Shown here: piece by piece, positions 8,970-17,819 of the stretch | How positions within the stretch are numbered: position 1 is the stretch's first letter | Layout: each line of letters starts with the position of its first letter | Assembly: GCA_023249645.1 (NCBI GenBank) | Contig: JAHFCF010000004.1 | Coordinates: forward strand, 821 to 64,820 | DNA: 64,000 bases | Reading direction: 5' to 3' | From: Elusimicrobiota bacterium | GTDB lineage: Bacteria > Elusimicrobiota > Elusimicrobia > UBA1565 > UBA9628 | Translations under genes and position numbers: made by a program | The notes under the pieces: generated by a model | What the model was told of the DNA's origin: nothing | The model's database searches: none | Seen by the model: the letters and a program-made list of their open reading frames with translations, nothing else

Positions 8970-10201
8970 GGCGCGTGGCGATGACCGTCCTGCTCTCGAT
9001 GCTCACGGCGGGCCCGGCTGCGGCCGTCCAGAACCAATGCGCCGTCTGCCATGCGACTTTGGGCGAGAAGCATCAGGCCATCCTCAAAGCCTTCGACAAC
9101 GACATCCACCGGGAGCGGGGGCTGTCCTGCGATTCCTGCCACGGCGGCAACCCGGCTCTCGACGATGCGGCGGCGGCCATGAGTCCGGATGCGGGCTTTG
9201 TGGGCGCGCCCTCCAAGGCGGACATGCCCAAGTTCTGCGGAAAATGCCATTCCAATCCTGCTTACATGAAGAAGTTCAACCCCTCTCTCCCCGTCGACCA
9301 GGAGCTGACGTACTACACCAGCGTCCATGGACAGAGGCTCAAGGCCGGCGATGCCGCTGTGGCCGCCTGCGCGGACTGCCACATCGCGCACTCCATCAGG
9401 CCGGCCAAGGATCCCACATCCTCCGTCTATGTGAAGAACATCCCGCAGACCTGCGGCAAGTGTCACTCGAATGTCCAGCTGATGGCTCCCTACAAGATCC
9501 CCACCGATCAGCTCGCCCAGTACACCAGCAGCGTGCATGGCAAGGCTCTCTTTGAGAAAGGCGATACCGCCGCTCCGGTCTGCACCACCTGCCACGGCAA
9601 CCACGGAGCCGTCCCGCCGGGCGTCGAGAACATCGGCCAGGTCTGCGGCATGTGCCACGTGCACAACGCGGAGTTCTTCCAGTCCAGCCCCATGGCCAAG
9701 CCCTGGGCCAAACGCAAGTTCCACATGTGCGCCACCTGCCATCATGAGCACGACATCCAGCACCCGACCGCGCAGCTGCTTTCGCCGGACAACGGCATCT
9801 GCATGAAATGCCACAGTCCTTCATCCCCGCAGATCGCGGTCGCTTCCGCCATGCAGAAGAAGCTGGAGTCCATCGAGGACGCTTACCAGCGCGCCCAGAA
9901 GGACATTCTCGCGGCCGAGGAGAAGGGCATGGACATGGCCGAGGCTCGCGATCTTTGGGACGCCTCGCGCATGGCCATGTACCAGTCCAAGACGGCGATC
10001 CATCATTTCAGCGCGGCGAGTGTGGCCGAGGTGGCTGATCCGGGGATCCAGAACGCGGAGAAGGCCGATCAGGCGGCCAAGGATGCGGCGGCGGATTTCC
10101 AGAACCGCCGCATCGGTCTCGGGGTCGCCAGCCTGTTCATCACCTTCCTGGTGGTGGTCATCTACCTCAAGATCAAGGACTTCGAATCGTCCCAGGGCTG
10201 A
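8966..10201 (+). CDS. Nonaheme c-type cytochrome, C-terminally membrane anchored, third subunit of the Rieske/cyt b complex
   Basis: Signal peptide, 9 CxxCH motifs (CAVCH, CDSCH, CGKCH, CADCH, CGKCH, CTTCH, CGMCH, CATCH, CMKCH), C-terminal TM helix; ATGA overlap with cyt b. Confidence 0.85.
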   Translation: MRRVAMTVLLSMLTAGPAAAVQNQCAVCHATLGEKHQAILKAFDNDIHRERGLSCDSCHGGNPALDDAAAAMSPDAGFVGAPSKADMPKFCGKCHSNPAYMKKFNPSLPVDQELTYYTSVHGQRLKAGDAAVAACADCHIAHSIRPAKDPTSSVYVKNIPQTCGKCHSNVQLMAPYKIPTDQLAQYTSSVHGKALFEKGDTAAPVCTTCHGNHGAVPPGVENIGQVCGMCHVHNAEFFQSSPMAKPWAKRKFHMCATCHHEHDIQHPTAQLLSPDNGICMKCHSPSSPQIAVASAMQKKLESIEDAYQRAQKDILAAEEKGMDMAEARDLWDASRMAMYQSKTAIHHFSAASVAEVADPGIQNAEKADQAAKDAAADFQNRRIGLGVASLFITFLVVVIYLKIKDFESSQG

Positions 10202-10208
10202 TCGCTTC

Positions 10209-11630
10209 GTGAATCGGCACGAGAGGCTGGTCGTTCTCATCTGGGTCGCTGGCTCCTTGGCCGGATGCGCCGCCCCTTTGATGCAGGCGTCGACGAAGGG
10301 GGATGCCGAGGCCGCCAGGGCCTGGCTCGACAAGGGTGCGGACCCCGACGTGCGCGGAGGGTATCGCCATGGGGAGACCGCCCTCATGGCCGCCGCGGCG
10401 GGGGGGCATCTCCCCGTCGTCAAGCTTCTCGTGGAACGAGGAGCGAAGGTCAACGCCGCCGGCGATCGCGGAGAAACCGCTCTGATGCGGGCCGTGCATC
10501 ATGGATACCTGCCCATCGTCCAATACCTGATCGAGAAAGGCGCGGACGTCAATCACAAAGGGATACAGGGTACGACCGCCCTGCATTATGCGGCCTGGAG
10601 CAGCCGTGACGAGATCGTCCAATGCCTCTTGGACCATGGCGCTGACGTCAACGCCGCCGACGAGATGACGATCGGCCGTACGCCTCTGGGCCTGGCGGCC
10701 TATTTCGGCGATCAGGCCGTGGCGCAAGTTCTTCTGAGTCGCGGTGCGGATGCGCGCATCCTTGCGGCCAACGGCAAGCTGCCGGCGGAGCTCGCGACCC
10801 AGCGGGGCCATGGGGAGATCTCCCAAATGATCCGGCGCGCCATGGCCGGAGAATTACCCCAGGCGGCGGCATCGGCCCCGGCCTCCTTTTCCGATGAAGA
10901 CATGCCCCAATACCATCTCCGCCAGAAGCCGGACAATTACGCCGTTGTGGTGGGAGTCTCGAACTATGCGGGCCTGCCTCAGGCGCCTTTCGCGCGCCAC
11001 GATGCCCAAGCCGTGCGCGATCATCTCGCCGCCCTGGGCACCCCGCTCGACCACATCCTGTTTCTGACCGACAACGAGTCCACCCGGGCTGGTCTGGTCA
11101 AAACCCTGGAGGCGCGCCTTCCCCGTCTTGCTCAGGAACGCTCCACGGTTTTTTTCTATTTTTCAGGGCACGCGCTTCTCGAACCCAAGACCGGACGCAT
11201 CTTTTTGGCGCCCATGGATGGCGACGCCGAATTCCTTGAAGAGACGGCCTACCCGCTGGAGCGCCTCTCTCAGGATTTGGGAGGGCTCAAGGCGGCTCGC
11301 GTCCTGGCGATGTTGGAATGGGACTTCCCAGGAGTCCAGGAGCCGTCAGTCTCAACTCCAGCGCCCATGGGGAAAATCCTGGCATGGACATCTTCTCGTC
11401 CTGGGGAGTTTTCCGGTACGCTCCCGGAGCAGAGCCATGGGGCATTCACCTACTTCCTGCTGCGCGGTCTCAATGGCGCGGGCCAAGACGGCGCCGGCGC
11501 AATCACGGCCCGAGCCCTCTACGATTATGCATCGGCGCACGTGCAGGAGACAGCGCGCCGGCTCGGCCGCGAGCAGACTCCTCAATGGTCGGCCGTTTCC
11601 GCTGGAGCGGATTCTCTGAGATTCCGCTAG
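10209..11630 (+). CDS. Lipoprotein with ankyrin repeats fused to a caspase-like (peptidase C14) domain
   Basis: GTG start gives lipobox LAGC; >=5 ankyrin repeats (GETALMxAxxxGHLxxVxxLxxxGAxVN); C-terminal YAVVVGVSNY...FFYFSGHA caspase His-Gly block. Confidence 0.75.
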   Translation: MNRHERLVVLIWVAGSLAGCAAPLMQASTKGDAEAARAWLDKGADPDVRGGYRHGETALMAAAAGGHLPVVKLLVERGAKVNAAGDRGETALMRAVHHGYLPIVQYLIEKGADVNHKGIQGTTALHYAAWSSRDEIVQCLLDHGADVNAADEMTIGRTPLGLAAYFGDQAVAQVLLSRGADARILAANGKLPAELATQRGHGEISQMIRRAMAGELPQAAASAPASFSDEDMPQYHLRQKPDNYAVVVGVSNYAGLPQAPFARHDAQAVRDHLAALGTPLDHILFLTDNESTRAGLVKTLEARLPRLAQERSTVFFYFSGHALLEPKTGRIFLAPMDGDAEFLEETAYPLERLSQDLGGLKAARVLAMLEWDFPGVQEPSVSTPAPMGKILAWTSSRPGEFSGTLPEQSHGAFTYFLLRGLNGAGQDGAGAITARALYDYASAHVQETARRLGREQTPQWSAVSAGADSLRFR

Positions 11631-11640
11631 TTTTTTAAAC
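11607..11640 (+). terminator. Weak candidate intrinsic terminator after ankyrin-caspase gene
   Basis: agcgga-(11 nt)-tccgct stem followed by TAGTTTTTT. Confidence 0.25.
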
Positions 11641-11676
11641 ATGACAAATATCATCTTTAACCTTGATGTCTGTCAT
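11641..11676. promoter_or_regulatory. Two tandem ATGAY-N4-RTCAT boxes upstream of the Cyc2-like gene
   Basis: ATGACaaatATCAT (11641-11654) and TTGATgtctGTCAT (11663-11676), 70-100 nt upstream of start at 11743. Confidence 0.3.
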
Positions 11677-11742
11677 TCTCTTGAAAAATAGGAATTGTTA
11701 GATTCTTCAGCCGTTGAATTTTAAAAACAATCAGGGGGAAAC

Positions 11743-13092
11743 ATGCCAGAAGCACAAGGAACCGGGAGCAAAAAATTCGGAGTCGGCTTTATTCTCTTTT
11801 CGGTGCTTTTCACAGCCTGGCTTGTTCCGCCTCTGTATCGCGGGATCCAAGGGATCTGCCCCATGCGGCCGGGCCTTATTAAGGAAGCAGGGGCTGTCCC
11901 TGGCTTCGCCCGCAAATACGGCCTGAGCTGCTCACAGTGCCACACGGCCTGGCCCCTCCTCAATGATTACGGCCGGCAGTTCAAGCTCAACGGCTATGTG
12001 CGCGAACCGGGAAGCAAGGAAGGAGTTTTGGAAGGGTCGGGAGGGTATTGGACTGAGAAGATATTCCCCTGGGGCGTGGTGGCGCGTTCGCGGCCCTATG
12101 ACAAGAACACGACCGTCGACAGGGAGTTCCGCTTCCAACCTATCCAGGACGCGGACTTCTTCGTCGCTGGCGGGGACGCGGCCAAGCATATCTCCTGGTT
12201 CGGAGAGGTCGACGCCAACAACACGACCGACACGGCCTTCAGCGTGAACATGGCCGACATCCAAGCGGGCTACCATCCTAGCCAGTACCTCAACATCATC
12301 GCCGCCCGCCGCGGTTTCTTCGTCATGGATCCCTACCAGAACATCTCCAACTTCGGCAGCCCGACGATCACGGGACGCGCCATCGCCGGAGGCCAGACCG
12401 ACCAGGGCAACCTCTCGGGCAACGTGATGGACCAGACCACCCAGACCATGTTGGCTTTCGGTGAGGTGGACAAAGAGGGATTGGGAGCGCTCTACTACGC
12501 CGCGGGCATGTCGGCCGGAAACGCCAACGACACCGGCACGAGCGCCAAGGCCGGCAACCTGCGCCTGGCCTACGACACGCTCAAGGGCCTCGAGATCGGG
12601 GCCTTCGGCAGCTCGGGACGCGAATACAACGGGCTGGTGGATCAGAACGGCAACCAAGACCGGGTCAAGTTCACCAAATACGGGCTCGACTACACGCTCG
12701 AGGCCAAGGGCTTTGTCAGCCGCGGCGCCTGTCTCGTGTCCAACGAAAAGGACGAACAGTTGGCCAACTCAACGGTGGAGGTGGATGAGAACGGCAATCC
12801 CGTGATCAAGTCCACCACCAAGGCCGCCTATGCCGAACTTCTCTATGTCTATAAGAGGCAGGGCGACACGTTCCCGTTCCTCGTGCCCTTGGTGCGCGAG
12901 AACTGGTACACGACCTTCAACGGCAAGAGGAGCTTCAACTACGTCACGGCCCAGCTGGCCCATTACTTCGCTCCCAACATGAAGGGATTCGTGGAATGGT
13001 CCGGAGACACCAAGCAGGACTTGCAGGGCGTCAATAACGTGAGCTCTGCCAAGAGTTCGCGGTGGAGCCTGCAGTTCGAATTGGGCTTCTAG
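11743..13092 (+). CDS. Candidate Cyc2-like fused monoheme cytochrome c / outer-membrane beta-barrel porin
   Basis: Signal peptide, single CxxCH (CSQCH) within first ~70 aa, then ~380 aa of alternating amphipathic beta-strand-like sequence ending in ...LQFELGF (C-terminal Phe typical of OM barrels). Confidence 0.6.
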   Translation: MPEAQGTGSKKFGVGFILFSVLFTAWLVPPLYRGIQGICPMRPGLIKEAGAVPGFARKYGLSCSQCHTAWPLLNDYGRQFKLNGYVREPGSKEGVLEGSGGYWTEKIFPWGVVARSRPYDKNTTVDREFRFQPIQDADFFVAGGDAAKHISWFGEVDANNTTDTAFSVNMADIQAGYHPSQYLNIIAARRGFFVMDPYQNISNFGSPTITGRAIAGGQTDQGNLSGNVMDQTTQTMLAFGEVDKEGLGALYYAAGMSAGNANDTGTSAKAGNLRLAYDTLKGLEIGAFGSSGREYNGLVDQNGNQDRVKFTKYGLDYTLEAKGFVSRGACLVSNEKDEQLANSTVEVDENGNPVIKSTTKAAYAELLYVYKRQGDTFPFLVPLVRENWYTTFNGKRSFNYVTAQLAHYFAPNMKGFVEWSGDTKQDLQGVNNVSSAKSSRWSLQFELGF

Positions 13093-13111
13093 TCCGACAG
13101 GAGTTCTGTTC

Positions 13112-13639
13112 ATGAAAGGACGAGGCATCGCCGGAGGTCTGGCCATTGCGGCCGTGCTGTGGGGCGCGGGAGAGCTCCGGTCTCAGGATGAGGAGGTCAA
13201 GACATTCCCTTTCGACAAGGGTCCTGAGACCATCGACGTGTCGAGCTATCCCAAGGAACAGCAGGACAACTATCCGGTCTTCGCCGAGAAGTGCTCCAAA
13301 TGCCACACCCTGGCGCGGCCGATCAACTCGCCCTTCGCCCTGCCCGAGGAGTGGGATGCCTACGTCCACAAGATGCAGCACAAGAAGCGTTCAGGCGTGG
13401 ACGCTGACAGCGCCAAGACGATCATCGACTTCCTATCCTATGACTCCTCCGTGCGCAAGAAGGAGATCCTCGCCAAAAAGATCCAGGAGAAGAAGGACGG
13501 CAAGTACGACCTGCAGGCGGTGATGGACGCCGCCGAGAAGCAGGCCCAGACGGCGGCCCCGAAAGATGAATCGCAGCCCAAGGAAGCCGATAAATCTGCA
13601 GCGCCACAAAAGGCGGAGACTCCTAAAAAAGGCGACTGA
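13112..13639 (+). CDS. Periplasmic monoheme c-type cytochrome with Lys-rich C-terminal tail
   Basis: Signal peptide, single CSKCH motif, 175 aa; 20 nt downstream of Cyc2-like gene. Confidence 0.6.
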   Translation: MKGRGIAGGLAIAAVLWGAGELRSQDEEVKTFPFDKGPETIDVSSYPKEQQDNYPVFAEKCSKCHTLARPINSPFALPEEWDAYVHKMQHKKRSGVDADSAKTIIDFLSYDSSVRKKEILAKKIQEKKDGKYDLQAVMDAAEKQAQTAAPKDESQPKEADKSAAPQKAETPKKGD

Positions 13640-13758
13640 CTCTCATTTTTCATCTGACGACGCAAAAGTTTTTTCAAATAGAAGCTGTGCCTTGGAAAAA
13701 GTTCCCCATGGCGACTTGCGGAACGAAAAGTGCTTATTATTTCATCATTTCTTCGATG

Positions 13759-13782
13759 TTTACTTTCAGCGCTGAAAGTAAA
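13759..13782. promoter_or_regulatory. 24-bp perfect palindrome (TTTACTTTCAGC|GCTGAAAGTAAA) upstream of actA; candidate operator
   Basis: Perfect inverted repeat in the 236-nt AT-rich gap before ACIII operon, ~26 nt upstream of a TATAAT (13808-13813). Confidence 0.35.
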
Positions 13783-13875
13783 AACAAAAAAATCTTTCAA
13801 TTTTCAGTATAATTTCATCCCGAGGTCGCCATTTTTTTAGACAATCGGATTTTTAAGACCATTTCACTGGCAGCC

Positions 13876-14928
13876 GTGGTCTTTCTTCGGCTGACCACTC
13901 CGGCCTTGGCCGCGAAGGCTCCTTCCCAGATCCAAAAATCAGCCGCCCTTTTCATCATGAAATGCGCCAAGTGCCACACGATCGGCGCCGGCGACCGCGT
14001 GGGGCCGGATCTGAGGGGGGCCGCTGACAGGCATGAACGCGAGTGGCTCGTGAAATTCATCATGAGTCCGGGAGTCTTTCTGGCCTCTGACCCCGCGGCC
14101 CAGAAACTTCTGGAAAAATACAACGGCGTACGCATGGAGGAGACGCATCTGGCTCGCGCGGACGTGGAAGGCATCCTGGAATATCTCAAGGCCGCCAGCG
14201 CCGGCGGATTGTCCTCGCAGGCGCCTCTTGCCGTCGAGGAAGAGCCCATGCGTCTCAAAGTCCGAATGCCGGAGGAGGGTTTCTCCGTCTTCTGGCCGGG
14301 GCTGGCGTTCCTTTTCCTTCTTTTGGCAGCGGCGGCGGCGCTTTGGCAATTTAGAGGCCATCGGCCGGCGATAGCCCTCTTGTTCGTCTGCGCTGCACTC
14401 GCCTATTGGACCTTCGGCGGCCGGCGCTACTATCACCTTTTGGGGAATCAGCAGGGCTATGAGCCGGTCCAGCCCATCGCTTTCTCCCACGCGCGCCACG
14501 CCGGGAGCCTGGGCATCGCCTGCCTCTACTGCCATTATGCGGCGGAAAGAAGCGATGTGGCGGCCGTGCCTGCGGTCAACGTCTGCATGAATTGCCACGG
14601 CGCCGTGCGCAAGGCTTTCTCTGCCAAGACCCCTTCCCCCGAGATCGCCAAGCTGCTTGCCGTCTGGGAGAAGCATGAGGCCTCGATCCCCTGGGTCAGG
14701 GTGCATCAGCTGCCGGATTACGTCCATTTCACGCACAGGATCCACGTCAACAATAATATCCAGTGCCAGGAATGCCACGGCCCCGTGGAGACGATGGAGC
14801 GCGTCCGGCAGGCCAGCGCGCTCTCCATGGGCTGGTGCATCGCCTGCCATCGCCTCAAGACGGGCGACGCGCCGTCGCACTGGAAGCGCGCCAGCGGGCC
14901 GCTGGACTGTGCGGCCTGCCATTGGTGA
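13876..14928 (+). CDS. actA: Alternative complex III subunit ActA, hexaheme (extra N-terminal class I monoheme domain + pentaheme domain, two TM helices)
   Basis: CAKCH...GP.L class-I domain, two hydrophobic helices, then CLYCH, CMNCH, CQECH, CIACH, CAACHW; GTG start. Confidence 0.85.
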   Translation: MVFLRLTTPALAAKAPSQIQKSAALFIMKCAKCHTIGAGDRVGPDLRGAADRHEREWLVKFIMSPGVFLASDPAAQKLLEKYNGVRMEETHLARADVEGILEYLKAASAGGLSSQAPLAVEEEPMRLKVRMPEEGFSVFWPGLAFLFLLLAAAAALWQFRGHRPAIALLFVCAALAYWTFGGRRYYHLLGNQQGYEPVQPIAFSHARHAGSLGIACLYCHYAAERSDVAAVPAVNVCMNCHGAVRKAFSAKTPSPEIAKLLAVWEKHEASIPWVRVHQLPDYVHFTHRIHVNNNIQCQECHGPVETMERVRQASALSMGWCIACHRLKTGDAPSHWKRASGPLDCAACHW

Positions 14929-14936
14929 GAGAGAAC

Positions 14937-17813
14937 ATGCACGAGCCACCCCAGGACCCATTCAACGCCGGCGACAGCCTGACGCGGCGCGACTTCCTCA
15001 AGCTCCTCTCGACCAGCTTCGCGGCGCTCTCCCTGGTCGGCTGCAAACTGCGCCCGCCCAAGGAAAAGATCATCCCCTTCCTCCAACAGCCCGAGGAGTC
15101 GGTTCCCGGGCTGGCGTCCTGGTATGCCTCGACATGTTCCGGCTGCCCGGCCGCCTGCGGCGTGCTCGCCAAGAGCCGTGACGGCCGCCCCATCAAGCTG
15201 GAGGGAAATCCCGACCATCCTCTCTCTCGCGGCGGGCTCTGCGCGCGCGGCCAGGCCACGGTGCTCGACCTTTACGACTCCCAGAGGCTCCGGACGCCTT
15301 GGCAGGGCGCCTCTCCCATCTCCTGGGCCCAGGCGGATGCGGCCATCATCGCCAAGCTTAAGAAGTCCGACGCGATCCGGATCGTCAGCCGCACGGTCAG
15401 CAGCCCCTCGCTTCTGGCCGCCCTGGAAAAGTTCAAGCAGCGCTTTCCCGCCGCGCGACACATCGTCTACGAGCCCCTGTCGAGCTCGGCCATCGTGGAG
15501 GCCCACCACCGAACCCACGGCCAGGCCGTTCTGCCTCATTATCACTTCGACCGCGCGCGGGTGATCGTCAGCTTTGACGCGGATTTCCTGGGGACCTGGA
15601 TCTCCCCGGTCGAGTTCATCAAGGATTGGTCCGCCAACCGCCGCCTGGACAAGGAGCGCGGGCTCATGTCCTGGCACGCCCAATTCGAGCCCCGCCTCTC
15701 CTTGACCGGGACCAACGCGGATCTGCGCCGCCCGCTCAAGCCCTCCCAGGAATTCGCCACGTTGGCGGCCTTGGGCCGCATGGTCGCCCGTCGGGTGGGC
15801 TGGCAGGGCCCACTGCCCCCGGAGGAGGGGGCCCCCGGCGTGGCTGAGAGCCTCTTGGAGCACACCGCCGGCATGCTCACGGACGCCAAGCGGCGCAGCC
15901 TGGTCGTCAGCGGCTCCCAGGACCCTGACGCGCAGATGCTCGTCAATTGGATCAATGTCCTGCTGGACAATTACGGCTCCACCCTGGACATCGAGCGTCC
16001 CTCCCGGCAGAACCGCAGCGACGATGCGGCGATGGATCAGTTGATCGAAGAGATGAAGCGCGGCCAGGTCTCGGCCCTCCTGTGCCTGGACGCCAACCCC
16101 GCCTATGACCACCCGCGGGCCGCGGATTTTGTCCGCGCCATGGGCCGGGTGCAGCTTTCAATCGCCCTGGCCGACCGCAAAGACGAGACAGCCGCCCTCT
16201 GCGGTTTCCTCTGTCCGCTCTCCCACAGCCTGGAGTCTTGGGGCGATGCCGAGCCCGTGCCCGGCGTCCTGAGCCTGCAGCAGCCGCTGCTCTCCCCGAT
16301 CTTCGAGAGCCGCTCGGCTCTGGAGACCCTGCTGCGCTGGTCCGGCCAGAGCGTGAGCGCCTATGACTTCGTCAAGGAGCATTGGCGCCAGAACGTTTTT
16401 TCTCGCCGCAAAGGGAAGCAGGGCTTCACTTCTTTCTGGGATGAGGCCCTGCGGCGAGGGGCCGTCACGGTCGCGGCCGCTGCCTTGCCTGCCGGTCGAT
16501 TCGTCCCGGACGCGCTCTCCCGCCTGAAGCCTGCGCGACGTCCGGCCAAATCAGGCGACTTTGAGCTGGTGCCCTATGCCAGCACGGCCCTGGGAGATGG
16601 ACGCCAGGCCAACAATCCCTGGCTGCAGGAACTGCCGGATCCGATGTCCAGGGTCAGTTGGGGCAATTACGCCTCATTTTCCCCCGGCGACGCCCAAAGG
16701 CTTGGTCTGGAGGAGGGACGCGTGGTCCGGCTTTCGGTCCCCGGTCGGCAGGCGGAACTCCCCGTCCACATCCAGACGGGCCAGGCCGAAGGCGTGGTGG
16801 CAGCGGCCCTGGGCTATGGCCGCAAGAACGCGGGCCCCATCGCCGCCAACCATCCCATGGTCAAGATGCTGCCTTTGGAACGGGATCTTCTGGGTGGGGC
16901 CGACCTCTATGCCTGGCTCAAGACCCAGACCGTTTCCGTGACCGTGACTCCGGGACGCAGTCCCCTGGCCAAGGTCCAGATCTACGATTCCCTGACCGAT
17001 CCCCTGATGGGCCAGAAGCGTCCTTTTGTCCGCGAGACCACCCTGCAGGAGTACGTCCAGGACCCGCGCAGTGGCAATCCTGAAGTTCCTGAGGAGAAGG
17101 GTCTGTGGCCTCGCCATGAATACAAGGGACACAAATGGGGCATGGCCGTGGATCTCAATTCCTGCATGGGCTGCGGGGCCTGCGTCGTGGGCTGCCAGGC
17201 GGAGAACAACGTCCCGGTGGTCGGCAAGGCCGAGGTGCGCAAGAGCCGGGACATGGCGTGGATACGCATCGACCGCTACTATGAGGATGATCGGACGTCC
17301 TTCCAGCCCATCCTCTGCCAGCACTGCGACAACGCCCCCTGCGAGACCGTCTGCCCGGTCTTGGCCAGCGTCCACTCCACGGAGGGGCTCAGCATGCAGG
17401 TCTACAACCGCTGCGTGGGAACCCGCTACTGCAGCAACAACTGCCCCTACAAGGTGCGCCGCTTCAACTGGTTCGACTACGCGCACCAGGACCTGGTGCA
17501 GAACATGGCGCTCAACCCGGACGTCACGGTGCGATCGCGCGGCGTCATGGAGAAATGCTCCTTCTGCGTGCAGAGGATCTACTCGGCTAAATTCCAGGCC
17601 AAGCAGGAGGGGCGCCAGCTCAAGGACGGGGACGTCATCCCCGCCTGCGCCCAGAGCTGTCCGGCCGACGCCCTGGTCTTCGGGGATTTGAACGATCCCA
17701 ACAGCCGGGTCTCCCGCTTGGCGCGGGATTCGCGCAGCTATCGGGTGCTGGCCGAACTCGGCGTGGGACCGTCCATCTTCTACAGGACCAAGGTCCGTAA
17801 TCGGAGGGTCTAG
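14937..17813 (+). CDS. actB: Alternative complex III subunit ActB (molybdopterin-oxidoreductase-like domain fused to 4x[4Fe-4S] ferredoxin domain)
   Basis: Tat signal TRRDFLK, CSGCPAACG cluster, C-terminal CMGCGACVVGC / CQHCDNAPC / CSNNCPY ferredoxin motifs; ~958 aa. Confidence 0.9.
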   Translation: MHEPPQDPFNAGDSLTRRDFLKLLSTSFAALSLVGCKLRPPKEKIIPFLQQPEESVPGLASWYASTCSGCPAACGVLAKSRDGRPIKLEGNPDHPLSRGGLCARGQATVLDLYDSQRLRTPWQGASPISWAQADAAIIAKLKKSDAIRIVSRTVSSPSLLAALEKFKQRFPAARHIVYEPLSSSAIVEAHHRTHGQAVLPHYHFDRARVIVSFDADFLGTWISPVEFIKDWSANRRLDKERGLMSWHAQFEPRLSLTGTNADLRRPLKPSQEFATLAALGRMVARRVGWQGPLPPEEGAPGVAESLLEHTAGMLTDAKRRSLVVSGSQDPDAQMLVNWINVLLDNYGSTLDIERPSRQNRSDDAAMDQLIEEMKRGQVSALLCLDANPAYDHPRAADFVRAMGRVQLSIALADRKDETAALCGFLCPLSHSLESWGDAEPVPGVLSLQQPLLSPIFESRSALETLLRWSGQSVSAYDFVKEHWRQNVFSRRKGKQGFTSFWDEALRRGAVTVAAAALPAGRFVPDALSRLKPARRPAKSGDFELVPYASTALGDGRQANNPWLQELPDPMSRVSWGNYASFSPGDAQRLGLEEGRVVRLSVPGRQAELPVHIQTGQAEGVVAAALGYGRKNAGPIAANHPMVKMLPLERDLLGGADLYAWLKTQTVSVTVTPGRSPLAKVQIYDSLTDPLMGQKRPFVRETTLQEYVQDPRSGNPEVPEEKGLWPRHEYKGHKWGMAVDLNSCMGCGACVVGCQAENNVPVVGKAEVRKSRDMAWIRIDRYYEDDRTSFQPILCQHCDNAPCETVCPVLASVHSTEGLSMQVYNRCVGTRYCSNNCPYKVRRFNWFDYAHQDLVQNMALNPDVTVRSRGVMEKCSFCVQRIYSAKFQAKQEGRQLKDGDVIPACAQSCPADALVFGDLNDPNSRVSRLARDSRSYRVLAELGVGPSIFYRTKVRNRRV

Positions 17814-17819
17814 AGACCG

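Noticed and set aside
8483-9814. 443-aa minus-strand ORF across the cyt b / nonaheme genes
   Set aside because: Shadow ORF; low-complexity Arg/Gly/Ala-rich translation, while the plus strand encodes coherent cytochrome b and nine CxxCH motifs.
11743-13092. Alternative reading of the Cyc2-like gene as an ordinary OMP with a coincidental CxxCH
   Set aside because: Not fully rejected. Kept as a candidate because the single heme motif is N-terminal to a barrel of Cyc2-like length and the gene sits between a bc-like complex and ACIII; flagged at moderate confidence only.
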